Source: Bacteroidia bacterium (GTDB lineage: Bacteria > Bacteroidota > Bacteroidia > NS11-12g > UBA9320). Taken from it: a DNA stretch of 64,000 bases. This document shows positions 10,219-19,855 of this stretch, piece by piece (the first letter of the stretch is position 1; each line of letters starts with the position of its first letter). The position numbers and the translations under genes are program-made. The stretch spans positions 51,705 to 115,704 of the forward strand of contig JADLGN010000009.1 in the NCBI GenBank assembly GCA_020849295.1, written 5' to 3'. The notes under the pieces were generated by a model. It searched no databases. It had not been told where the DNA came from and saw only the letters and a list, made by a program, of their open reading frames with translations.

Positions 10219-11457
10219 ATGAGGAGTGCCGATAGAGAAAAATTGTCAAAAAAAGTAAGAATATCGTCTAATGTTTTTGCTTTGCTTGCCGGAGTTGGTA
10301 TTTTGATAATTTTAGTACAGTTTTATTCAGGAAAATCAGGGTTAGATTTTTTAGAAAACATCAGTTACTCTATTTCTAAGCTTTTTGCAGAACAATCTGA
10401 AAGTGCCCAAAACAAAGCTACTCATACATTTTCTCATAATGACAATGTAATTCCGACTAATGAAAATCTTAATTTACTAACATTAGAGGAAAGTAAAATT
10501 AAAGCAGAAGAGTTGCTAAATAATCAAATTTCAGTTAATCCTATTAGTTTTGAAACCCCACTAAATGAAATTCCAAAAGAAAATAATAAACCACAAAAAT
10601 TTTCTCTTATAAATATAAATTCAATACTTAAGAACATAGCTTTTGGTGAAACAACAATTGAAAACAATTACATTAGAAAAAACTTGAATTTGGGAGTATT
10701 GCCCGATTTTAAATCAATAAAGACAAGTAAATTTTCTATTGGATTTAATATCTCTACAGGTTTTTCAAATTGTATTGTTAATTATAAAAATAATAATACT
10801 TCAAATAATAAATACGGTAATTATCAGAATGAGAAAGAAAGAAATAATAATAATAATGCTTTATTAAAATATTCATTTGGAATTGATGTTTTTTACAGAT
10901 TAAATAACAAATTAACGTTTAATACCGGTTTGTATTTTATAAACACCGGCGAATCAGTACTTGTAAAAGAACCCGATGAATTATCGCTGTATAGCAATTA
11001 TAAATGTGCAAACGACTATTACTTTGAAGGGTATCCTGATTTTGAAACACCAAACCAGCAAGACAAATTTTCAAATGTGAGATTTTCAAATAATCTTTCA
11101 AGTTTTGAAATACCAATTATTTTGAATTTCAAAATAAGGAATAATGAAAAATTCACAGAAATTGAAACACAGACAGGAATTACTTATAGCCGACTTTACT
11201 CAGTAAATACAGTTGTTTACAATTTTGGTAATGATGCTTATTATATAGTATCTGGAATTAATCCTAAAATTTACAACTCAAATAATGCAAACTGCTTGCT
11301 GGGTATTATTTACAGCAAATACATCACAAGCAATATTCAATTATTTGCAAATCCACAATGCAAAATTGGGCTTACAAATGTTTTCTCAAAAAAATACGAT
11401 ATTGCCCAATATAACTATTCTAATTTACTACGATTAGGCATGAAAATTAACCTTTAA
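10219..11457 (+). CDS. hypothetical membrane-anchored protein with an Asn-rich, beta-strand-rich C-terminal domain (possible OM beta-barrel-like domain)
   Basis: Charged N-terminus, one TM helix (VFALLAGVGILIILVQF), then alternating hydrophobic beta-strand-like segments. No recognisable catalytic motif. Confidence 0.45.
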   Translation: MRSADREKLSKKVRISSNVFALLAGVGILIILVQFYSGKSGLDFLENISYSISKLFAEQSESAQNKATHTFSHNDNVIPTNENLNLLTLEESKIKAEELLNNQISVNPISFETPLNEIPKENNKPQKFSLININSILKNIAFGETTIENNYIRKNLNLGVLPDFKSIKTSKFSIGFNISTGFSNCIVNYKNNNTSNNKYGNYQNEKERNNNNNALLKYSFGIDVFYRLNNKLTFNTGLYFINTGESVLVKEPDELSLYSNYKCANDYYFEGYPDFETPNQQDKFSNVRFSNNLSSFEIPIILNFKIRNNEKFTEIETQTGITYSRLYSVNTVVYNFGNDAYYIVSGINPKIYNSNNANCLLGIIYSKYITSNIQLFANPQCKIGLTNVFSKKYDIAQYNYSNLLRLGMKINL

Positions 11458-11469
11458 GAAAGTAGAGTT

Positions 11470-11477
11470 TATTTTTG
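11470..11477 (+). promoter_or_regulatory. candidate Bacteroidota sigma-A -7 element (TATTTTTG, consensus TAnnTTTG) upstream of the M16 peptidase gene
   Basis: Motif match to the Bacteroidota -7 consensus, about 50 nt upstream of the start codon. Confidence 0.25.
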
Positions 11478-11527
11478 AAAATTAAATTAATTTCGCAATC
11501 CTTTTTAAGTATATCAATTATATAAAA

Positions 11528-14476
11528 ATGAAAAAATATATATCATTATTTTTACTGTTTGTATCATACAACTTATTTGCACAAGTTGAGCCTAAAATTG
11601 TTACTCTTGGCGAAGAAATCAAACATTCAGACGATGGAGCATTTACATACAAAACATATAGAAATGACCCATTAAAAAGCCGCTGGTACACCTTAGAAAA
11701 CGGGCTTACTGTTATTCTATCTCCAAATAAGCTCACTCCAAGAGTACAAACTCTTATAGCAACCAAAGCCGGCAGCAAAAGCGACCCATCAGACAATACC
11801 GGACTTGCTCATTACTTAGAGCACATGCTCTTTAAAGGTACTGATAAGTATGGAACCGCAGATTTTGAAAAAGAAAAAATATATCTTGACAAAATTGATG
11901 AATTATACGAAAAATATAACAACGAAACTAATGAATCAAAAAGGAAAATTATTTATCATCAAATAGATTCAGTTTCAGTTATTGCTTCAAAATATGCTAT
12001 TGCCAATGAATATGACAAGCTTTTGCAAAGTATAGGTGCTACAGGTACAAATGCTTTTACTAGCTTTGAGCAAACAGTTTATGTAAATGATATTCCTTCA
12101 AATGAAATCAGCCGTTGGTTGAGTATAGAATCAGAAAGATTTAGAAATCCGGTATTAAGACTTTTTCATACAGAACTCGAAGCAGTTTATGAAGAAAAAA
12201 ACCGTACTTTGGATAATGATGGCAGAAAAATGTTTTATGGTTTATTTTCAAACTTATTCAAGAATCATAATTACGGCTTACAAACTACAATAGGGACTGT
12301 AGAACATCTAAAAAATCCATCACTTAAAAAAATAAGAAATTATTTCAACAGTTATTATGTGCCAAATAATATGGCAATTATAATGTCGGGAGATTTTAAT
12401 CCTGATGAAGTGATAGCTGAAATAAATACTAAATTTTCATATATGAAACCCAAACCCGTACCTGTATATAATTTTATGCCAGAAATGCCAAGTACCACAA
12501 CAACCAAGGTAGATGTTTATGGTCCTGATGCAGAATATTTGTATATGGGATACAGAACTCCTGGTGCAGGAACTAAAGAATCAATAATGCTAATGTTAAT
12601 TGATTTGCTTTTGAGTAATAAAGGTGCTGGTCTTATTGATTTGGATTTGCTAAAAACACAAAAGGTATTAAGTGCTTCATCTCAGAGTTATATTTTAAAA
12701 GATTACAGCGTTCATATTTTTAGTGGCAAACCAAAACAAGGACAAACATTAGAAGAAGTTCAAAATTTGATTTTACAAGAATTAAATAAAATCAAACAAG
12801 GAGATTTTGATTTTAATATGGTAAAAAGTATTGTATTGAATAATAAAGTTGACCGAATGAAAGAATTTGAAAATAATTCTTCAAGGGCATATACATTACT
12901 CGAATTTTTCACTCTTGATGTAAATTATAAAACAGCTATTGAAACAGACCAAACTATGCTTGGTTTTACTAAAAAAGATATTATTGAATTTGCTAAAAAA
13001 TATTATACTGATGACTATGTAGTATGTTACAAACACAAAGGGATTGACACTTCAATCAGAAAAATTGATAAACCAATAATTACAAATGTAGAGGTAAACA
13101 GAGAAATGACTTCGGATTTTGTAAACAATATTTTGAATACAAATTCAAAAAAACTTACTCCAAACTATGTTGACTATAACAAAGACATTGAAAAAATAAA
13201 ACTTAAAAATGGTATAAATGCTTATTTGGTAAAAAATGAAATAAACCAGATTTTCAACCTATATTATGTGCTTGATGCGGGAAAATACAATGATTTAAAA
13301 CTTTCATTTGCCGTAAATTATTTACAATATTTAGGTACATCAAAATACTCTGCAGAACAAATCACTAAAGAGTTTTTTAAGCTTGCTTGCAACTATGGGG
13401 TATCAGTAGGAAATAAACAATCATATATATATTTAAGTGGTCTTACTGAAAATTTTGAAAAGGCTGTATCTCTTTTCGAAGATTTCCTTAAAGATGCCAA
13501 ACCTGACGAACAGGCTTTGCAAGGATTAATTCAACTAACATTAAAATCTCGTAAAGATGCAAAACAGAGTAAAAATGCAATTTTTAGTGGTGCCCTTAAA
13601 AATTATGCAATTTACGGAAGCGACAATCCATACAGAAATATGCTAAGTGAAGCAGACCTAAAAAAACTCACTGCTCAAGAACTGTGCGAATATATACACA
13701 ACCTTGTAAAATACGACCACAAAGTGTTTTATTACGGACCAGAAAATTCTGCAACTGTAAAAAGTACTTTAGACAAATTGCATAACAGCACATCAAAAAA
13801 ACTAAAAATTACACCTGTAAAAAAATATGAAAAGCGAAAAATAAACCAAACTGAAGTATATTTTGTAAACTACGATATGGTTCAAGCAGAAATTGGCTGG
13901 TACAACAGACTTGATAAGGTAAACCGCAATGATGATGCACTTATCGAACTGTTTAACGAATACTTTGGAGGCGGCATGAGCAGTCTTGTTTTTCAAACAA
14001 TAAGAGAAAGCAAAGCTCTTGCATACAGCACAAGTGCATATTATCTGCGAGGAAATGAACCTGATGAATATGATGGAGTTTCAGCATATATAGGTACTCA
14101 GGCTGATAAACTTCCTGATGCTATACCAGCTATGAACGAATTACTAAACAATTTGCCAAAATCTGATAATTTACTTTCAAATTCAAAACTTGCAATAAAG
14201 AGTAAAATTGAGAGTGAGCGAACTATCGGAACTAACATATTATTTTCTTTTGATGAAGCAACAAAATGGAAATTTAAGGTTGACCCTTCAAAATACATTT
14301 ATGAAAACGTAGATAAATATAAATTTGAAGACTTGCAAAACTTCCATAAACAAAGGCTTGCAAATAAATCTTATATCTATTTTATAATAGGGAATAAAGA
14401 TAAAATAAACATGAAAGAACTTGAAAAAACCGGAAAATTGATAGAGGTAAATCTTGAAGAAATTTTCGGATATTAA
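11528..14476 (+). CDS. M16 family zinc metallopeptidase (insulinase/pitrilysin-like), two M16 modules, secreted
   Basis: Signal peptide and the inverted zinc-binding motif HxxEH (HYLEHMLFKG). The 982-aa length is consistent with tandem active and inactive M16 halves. Confidence 0.88.
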   Translation: MKKYISLFLLFVSYNLFAQVEPKIVTLGEEIKHSDDGAFTYKTYRNDPLKSRWYTLENGLTVILSPNKLTPRVQTLIATKAGSKSDPSDNTGLAHYLEHMLFKGTDKYGTADFEKEKIYLDKIDELYEKYNNETNESKRKIIYHQIDSVSVIASKYAIANEYDKLLQSIGATGTNAFTSFEQTVYVNDIPSNEISRWLSIESERFRNPVLRLFHTELEAVYEEKNRTLDNDGRKMFYGLFSNLFKNHNYGLQTTIGTVEHLKNPSLKKIRNYFNSYYVPNNMAIIMSGDFNPDEVIAEINTKFSYMKPKPVPVYNFMPEMPSTTTTKVDVYGPDAEYLYMGYRTPGAGTKESIMLMLIDLLLSNKGAGLIDLDLLKTQKVLSASSQSYILKDYSVHIFSGKPKQGQTLEEVQNLILQELNKIKQGDFDFNMVKSIVLNNKVDRMKEFENNSSRAYTLLEFFTLDVNYKTAIETDQTMLGFTKKDIIEFAKKYYTDDYVVCYKHKGIDTSIRKIDKPIITNVEVNREMTSDFVNNILNTNSKKLTPNYVDYNKDIEKIKLKNGINAYLVKNEINQIFNLYYVLDAGKYNDLKLSFAVNYLQYLGTSKYSAEQITKEFFKLACNYGVSVGNKQSYIYLSGLTENFEKAVSLFEDFLKDAKPDEQALQGLIQLTLKSRKDAKQSKNAIFSGALKNYAIYGSDNPYRNMLSEADLKKLTAQELCEYIHNLVKYDHKVFYYGPENSATVKSTLDKLHNSTSKKLKITPVKKYEKRKINQTEVYFVNYDMVQAEIGWYNRLDKVNRNDDALIELFNEYFGGGMSSLVFQTIRESKALAYSTSAYYLRGNEPDEYDGVSAYIGTQADKLPDAIPAMNELLNNLPKSDNLLSNSKLAIKSKIESERTIGTNILFSFDEATKWKFKVDPSKYIYENVDKYKFEDLQNFHKQRLANKSYIYFIIGNKDKINMKELEKTGKLIEVNLEEIFGY

Positions 14477-14533
14477 AAAAGTAAATTTTTAATTTTACAT
14501 ACAATAAAATTTATCTTTGACATTTTATTAAAC

Positions 14534-15808
14534 ATGAGACTTTATATTTTTATTTTATTTTTAATATTAATAAAAATCTCAAATTCTCAAACATCACTTG
14601 AAACCTACTATAATAAGACTTTTGACCCACAGATAGAAACTGTATTGCTTAATTCTATAAGTGAGAGTGCCGACCCTGTTCCTTTAATTAGCCTTGGCTC
14701 TGCACAACAATTACAACTTGAATTTGATGTTTTAAAAACAACAAATGATTTTTTTCAATACACTTTTGAACATTGTAATGCCGAATGGCAGCCAAGCAAT
14801 ATGAGCAAAAATGAATATCTAAACGGAAATTACACAAATAATATTAGCAGTTTTTCATTTTCAACCAATACTTACCAAAAATATGTAAATTATAAATGCG
14901 CTTTCCCCAATAACGATGTTTCTTTTACACGATCTGGCAATTATGTAATTAAAGTATTTAAAGATTTTAGCGAAGAAGAGCCTGTACTTATCCGTAGATT
15001 TATGATAATTGACCAAAAAGTAACAATAACAGCTATGGTAAACAGTGCAACTGATGTGAAATTCAGATTTTCGAAACAAGAAATTGACTTTAATGTAGAT
15101 TATAAAAATTTCAGTATTCCTAATCCATTTAACGATGTAAAAGTAAGTATCACACAAAACAACAATCTGGGTGATGCAATTACTAATTTAAAACCAAATT
15201 TTGTAAACAATGGTCAACTTGTATATAATTACGAAACCGGAAACTTATTTAATGGTGGAAATGAATTCAGGCAATTTGACATTAGGTCACTTAGATTTTT
15301 TAGTTATAATGTAGCAGACAAATTTGTTGATTCAATGAAAAATGCAGTACTAAAAACCGATGAAATCAGAGCTCATTTAGCATATTTCAATCAGGCCGAT
15401 TATAACGGAAAACGCTCAATTCAAAACAAAGACGGTTCTAATACTTTGCCAGATGAAGATTATGCTCTTGTTCATTTTTCATTAAAAGCAAATAATGAAA
15501 TACATCCTAAGGGTGTTTACATTTTTGGAGAATTAACAGACTGGCAGATTAAAGAAAAATTCAAAATGGATTATTATCCTGACAAAAAATTATATTATAA
15601 AAAAGTAAAACTTAAGCAAAGTTATTATAACTACGAATATGTAACAATAGATGACGAAACAAATACTCCAGAAACAATTTTTACAGAAGGAAATCATTAC
15701 GAAACAGAAAACGATTACGATATCTATATTTATCATAAAAATCAACAATACGGTTATGATGAGTTAATTGGATATTCTCATTTCAATTCAAGTACAAACA
15801 AAAAATAA
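14534..15808 (+). CDS. conserved hypothetical secreted protein (Bacteroidota-type, unknown function)
   Basis: Signal peptide (MRLYIFILFLILIKISNSQ) and a 424-aa beta-rich sequence with no recognisable catalytic motif. Confidence 0.5.
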   Translation: MRLYIFILFLILIKISNSQTSLETYYNKTFDPQIETVLLNSISESADPVPLISLGSAQQLQLEFDVLKTTNDFFQYTFEHCNAEWQPSNMSKNEYLNGNYTNNISSFSFSTNTYQKYVNYKCAFPNNDVSFTRSGNYVIKVFKDFSEEEPVLIRRFMIIDQKVTITAMVNSATDVKFRFSKQEIDFNVDYKNFSIPNPFNDVKVSITQNNNLGDAITNLKPNFVNNGQLVYNYETGNLFNGGNEFRQFDIRSLRFFSYNVADKFVDSMKNAVLKTDEIRAHLAYFNQADYNGKRSIQNKDGSNTLPDEDYALVHFSLKANNEIHPKGVYIFGELTDWQIKEKFKMDYYPDKKLYYKKVKLKQSYYNYEYVTIDDETNTPETIFTEGNHYETENDYDIYIYHKNQQYGYDELIGYSHFNSSTNKK

Positions 15809-15823
15809 CTAAATTTACCGCAC

Positions 15824-16918
15824 TTGGAATTACTGAATCAAATAGCACTTACGCAAATTGAAGGTGTAGGAAATGTATTGGCTAAAAATCTTATAAGCTA
15901 CTGCGGAAGTGCATCAGATGTTTTTAAAACAAAAAAATCTTTATTATTAAAAATTCCCGATATAGGCGAATACACAGCAAAATCAATAATTTCATTTTCT
16001 GATTTCAGCAAAGCCGAAAAAGAATTAAAATTTATAGAACAACATAAAATAAAAACTTATTTTTATGCTTCGCAAAATTATCCTTACAGACTAAAAAGCA
16101 ATAATGATTGCCCAATTTTGCTATACCAACTTGGAGACGCAGATATAAATGCCGATAAAATAATTTCAATTGTAGGAACAAGAAAACCTACAGAATACGG
16201 AAAGAATTTTTGCGAAAATCTTATAGAAAATATTGCTGAAACAAATGCTACTATTATAAGTGGAATGGCTTATGGAATAGATATTTGTGCTCATAAGGCT
16301 TCTCTTAAAAACAATTTGCCTACTGTTGGAGTTCTTGCTCATGGATTAGACAAATTATATCCTGCAGAACATAAAAAATTTGCAAAAAATATTATTGAAA
16401 ACGGGGGTTCATTATTAACTGAATTTTTATCAGGGACAAACCCTGATCGCGAAAATTTTCCCAAAAGAAACCGTATAGTTGCAGGATTGAGCGATGCTGT
16501 AATTGTAATAGAAACTGCTATTCGCGGTGGTTCTATGATTACAGCAGAACTTGCTTGGCAATACGACCGCGTACTTATGGCTTTGCCAGGTAAAATAAAT
16601 GATGAAAAATCTGCCGGTTGCAATTTTCTTATTAAGACAAACAAGGCTGAAATGATTGAAAATGCTGTTGATTTATTGCACTCATTGGGTTGGGATATTA
16701 TAAAAGGTAAAAATACTAAACAAAAAGAACTACCCATAAACCTGAGTGAAGACGAAATGTTAATTTACAATTTATTAAATGAGAAAAAATTTATTGAAAT
16801 AGATGAAATTATAAGCTTATCGAGATTGAATAGTGGCAAAGTTGCTCTTACATTGCTCGATTTGGAAATAAAAGGATTTATAAAATCATTGCCAGGAAAG
16901 AGATTTCAATTATTATGA
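15824..16918 (+). CDS. dprA: DNA processing protein DprA (Smf)
   Basis: SAM-like N-terminal domain, a Rossmann-like DprA core (IVGTRKPT...GMAYGID) and a C-terminal winged-helix region. Overlaps the queA start by 4 nt. Confidence 0.9.
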   Translation: MELLNQIALTQIEGVGNVLAKNLISYCGSASDVFKTKKSLLLKIPDIGEYTAKSIISFSDFSKAEKELKFIEQHKIKTYFYASQNYPYRLKSNNDCPILLYQLGDADINADKIISIVGTRKPTEYGKNFCENLIENIAETNATIISGMAYGIDICAHKASLKNNLPTVGVLAHGLDKLYPAEHKKFAKNIIENGGSLLTEFLSGTNPDRENFPKRNRIVAGLSDAVIVIETAIRGGSMITAELAWQYDRVLMALPGKINDEKSAGCNFLIKTNKAEMIENAVDLLHSLGWDIIKGKNTKQKELPINLSEDEMLIYNLLNEKKFIEIDEIISLSRLNSGKVALTLLDLEIKGFIKSLPGKRFQLL

Positions 16919-18114
16919 TACCCGAAAATATCAGAAAAATTAAAATTAGCGACTTTAACTTTGCATTTACTGATGAATTAATAGCTCAACAACCTTTAAT
17001 AAACAGAGATGAATCAAAACTTTTACATTATAAAAATTCAATAATTCATCATAGGATATTCAAAGAATTTCCAGAATTGCTTAATTCAAATTCACAAATA
17101 ATTTTAAATAACGCTAAAGTAATTTCTGCAAGGTTATTTTTTTACAGAGATAGCGGCTCAAAAATAGAAATACTATTACTCGAACCTCATAATTCATTTA
17201 ATTCGCTTGAAACTGCACTAAGCAATAGCCAAAAAAGCATGTGGAAGTGCATGATTGGCAATTTGAAAAAATGGAAGAAAAATGAGATTTTAAAATCTAA
17301 AGTTGGTAAAATTGCTGTTTCGGCAAAGTTACTTGACAACATAAATCAAACTGTAGAATTTACATGGGACAACAATGTTTCATTTAGCGAAATTATTGAA
17401 CTGTCGGGCACAACCCCTCTCCCGCCCTACATAAAACGTGAGGCAAACGAAAATGATAAAAAAACGTATCAGACAATTTTTGCTAAAAATATAGGAGCAG
17501 TAGCTGCTCCTACGGCTGGTCTTCATTTTACAGAAAATATTTTAGATAAAATTAAAGATAAAAAAATAGATATTGCCGAAGTAACTTTGTATGTAAGTGC
17601 AGGTACTTTTTTACCTGTTAAGGCAGAATTTCCGATTGACCATTCTATGCACTCTGAAATGATATCGGTTTCAAAAAATACAATATCAAATCTAATAAAT
17701 AACAAATACAGAGTTGCAATAGGAACTACTTCACTTCGTACGCTTGAAAGTTTATATTGGATTGGTGTAAAAATATTAAAGTGTGAAGAAAACCCTTTTT
17801 ACATTGAAAAGTTATATCCTTACAATTTCTACAAATTACCTATTTCATGGAATGAATCAATGAGTGAAATAATAAATTATTTAGAAAAAAACTCAATTGA
17901 CACTGTAAATGCTAAAACTGAAATTATGATAATGCCGGGATATAATTTTTCATCTGTAAATTCTCTTTTAACTAATTTTCACTACCCAAACTCTACTCTT
18001 GTAATGCTAATTGCAGCATTTATTGGAGATAACTGGCACAATTTGTATCATAAAGCTATCGAAAATAGTTATCGCTTTTTAAGCTATGGCGATTGCTGCC
18101 TTCTTGACCCCTAA
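16915..18114 (+). CDS. queA: S-adenosylmethionine:tRNA ribosyltransferase-isomerase QueA
   Basis: Conserved QueA blocks (LLHYK, AAPTAGLHFT, TLYVSAGTF, GTTSLRTLES). Confidence 0.85.
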   Translation: MIPENIRKIKISDFNFAFTDELIAQQPLINRDESKLLHYKNSIIHHRIFKEFPELLNSNSQIILNNAKVISARLFFYRDSGSKIEILLLEPHNSFNSLETALSNSQKSMWKCMIGNLKKWKKNEILKSKVGKIAVSAKLLDNINQTVEFTWDNNVSFSEIIELSGTTPLPPYIKREANENDKKTYQTIFAKNIGAVAAPTAGLHFTENILDKIKDKKIDIAEVTLYVSAGTFLPVKAEFPIDHSMHSEMISVSKNTISNLINNKYRVAIGTTSLRTLESLYWIGVKILKCEENPFYIEKLYPYNFYKLPISWNESMSEIINYLEKNSIDTVNAKTEIMIMPGYNFSSVNSLLTNFHYPNSTLVMLIAAFIGDNWHNLYHKAIENSYRFLSYGDCCLLDP

Positions 18115-19238
18115 GACAAACCGCTTCTATTGTATTTTCTGCCTTTCCATTCTGATTTTAAAGGTAAAAAATAAAATATGATTGTAGAAAAAGTTATAAG
18201 ATAAAGGTATATTTCATAAATAAAATAGAATATTATTCCTTTATTAAATTCCATTTTTGTTTTTTTAAATAATGAGTAAATAAATACTGTCTGTAAAATG
18301 AATTTTAATAACCATAAAATAAAAGCAAATGAAGGACTAAAAACAAACAAAATAATAAGTGAGGGCAAAAATAAACCATAAATAATTATCATAATTTTCC
18401 AGTTTACAGGCAGTTCATTTCCCCCTATAAGCCAGCGTTTTCGCTGATGCAACAACTCTTTGATTGAAGAAATATATGTTGCAAGCCCAAGCGAATCTAC
18501 GTTTAGTAAATTTTGCCAATCCCAGCCACGTTTTGTTACTTCCGAAAATAATTTGTAATCTTCTGTTATAGAAAATTCTATTTTTTCATATCCGCCCGTT
18601 TGGCGATACGCCTCTGCCCTAACAGCCATATTATTACCGACTGATGTGCACGAAACTCCTGCATTGGCAAAAGCTTTTATGTAACCCATAAAATGCAGCC
18701 AGTCCATTGTTTGTAAATTTTCGAAAAAACCTCCCGTCTGGCATGTTGTAGTTCCTGAAACTATACCTACATTATCATTAAAATTAGAAAGTATTGATTT
18801 TATCCAATTTTTGTTCACAGCAACATCGCAATCTGTAATAAAATAAAATTCACCTTTTGCTTCATTTGCCAAGTGTGCAAGTACATTTGCCTTACCTGCT
18901 GATTTTCCTATATTATATTTTATATCTAATAATCTGAAATTACTCTTTCTTTTTATAAATTCAATTACAATATCTCTAGTATTATCTTGCGAATCGTCAT
19001 TACCAATTAAAAATTCAATCTTATCAAAAGGGTAGTCAATATTTGAAAAGGATTCAAGACATCTTTTTATTGTTTTCTCTTCATTTCTTGCAGCAAGCAA
19101 AACTGACACTATTGGTAATTCATCAAATTTTTTTGATGTTATTTTTCTATCTATAAAAATATATACAACACTAAAAATCTGTATTGATATGAAAATAGAA
19201 ATTATTAAAAGTGAAAAATAAATGAGTAAACTTTCCAT
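18111..19238 (-). CDS. processive family-2 glycosyltransferase (NodC/PgaC/IcaA/cellulose-synthase-like beta-glycan synthase)
   Basis: N-terminal TM helix, the GT2 DxD-type motifs (DDSQDNT, ITDCDVA) and the hallmark Q-x-x-R-W motif (QRKRW) followed by C-terminal TM helices. The start overlaps the deacetylase stop (TAATG). Confidence 0.8.
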   Translation of the reverse strand: MESLLIYFSLLIISIFISIQIFSVVYIFIDRKITSKKFDELPIVSVLLAARNEEKTIKRCLESFSNIDYPFDKIEFLIGNDDSQDNTRDIVIEFIKRKSNFRLLDIKYNIGKSAGKANVLAHLANEAKGEFYFITDCDVAVNKNWIKSILSNFNDNVGIVSGTTTCQTGGFFENLQTMDWLHFMGYIKAFANAGVSCTSVGNNMAVRAEAYRQTGGYEKIEFSITEDYKLFSEVTKRGWDWQNLLNVDSLGLATYISSIKELLHQRKRWLIGGNELPVNWKIMIIIYGLFLPSLIILFVFSPSFAFILWLLKFILQTVFIYSLFKKTKMEFNKGIIFYFIYEIYLYLITFSTIIFYFLPLKSEWKGRKYNRSGLS

Positions 19239-19855
19239 TACTCAAATACTTTTGATTTATAATTTTCATTTGAAAGAAATTTTAGATACTCAGGCAATAA
19301 AAATTCTAAATTTTTTCGAGCTTTTTCACTGTCATGAAATACAATAATATCTCCGCTTGCAGTATTTTTTATTAGCTTATTTATTTTTCTTGTTAAATTC
19401 AAATTAGGATTCCAATCTTCAGCGAGCAAACTCCACATTACTATCGAAAATTTTTTTTTAATTTGCCTTATTTGTGAAAATTTTAATTGCCCATGTGGAG
19501 GTCTAAAATATTTGCTTTTTACCAACTTTTCACATTGATTTATATTTTCAAAATAATTTTCATTTTTTGTTCTAAAACCTCTTAAATGATTGAAAGTGTG
19601 ATTTGCAACGCAATGACCTCTTTTTAATATTTCATTATATACAATAGGATATTTTTCTACATTATTTCCTATACAAAAAAAAGTAGCTTTAAAATTATAT
19701 TTATCTAATTCGTCAAGTACATAATTAGTAATTTCGGGGTGTGGACCATCATCAAAAGTAAGATATATTGACTTTTCAATATCTTTTATATTCCAAATCA
19801 GGTTTGGATATAAATATTTAAGAATAGATGGTGTTCGTGCCGGTAGCAGTTTTTT
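19238..19855 (-). CDS. polysaccharide deacetylase (NodB/CE4 family); complete domain but no canonical start codon
   Basis: Continuous frame encoding ...IYLTFDDGPHPE...CVANHTFNHL...YFRPPHGQ... with NodB motifs 1-3. The only ATG/GTG/TTG in frame is the TTG at 19525, which would remove motifs 1-2. The frame is contiguous with recA, separated only by its TAA stop. Confidence 0.6.
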   Translation of the reverse strand, partial: KKLLPARTPSILKYLYPNLIWNIKDIEKSIYLTFDDGPHPEITNYVLDELDKYNFKATFFCIGNNVEKYPIVYNEILKRGHCVANHTFNHLRGFRTKNENYFENINQCEKLVKSKYFRPPHGQLKFSQIRQIKKKFSIVMWSLLAEDWNPNLNLTRKINKLIKNTASGDIIVFHDSEKARKNLEFLLPEYLKFLSNENYKSKVFE

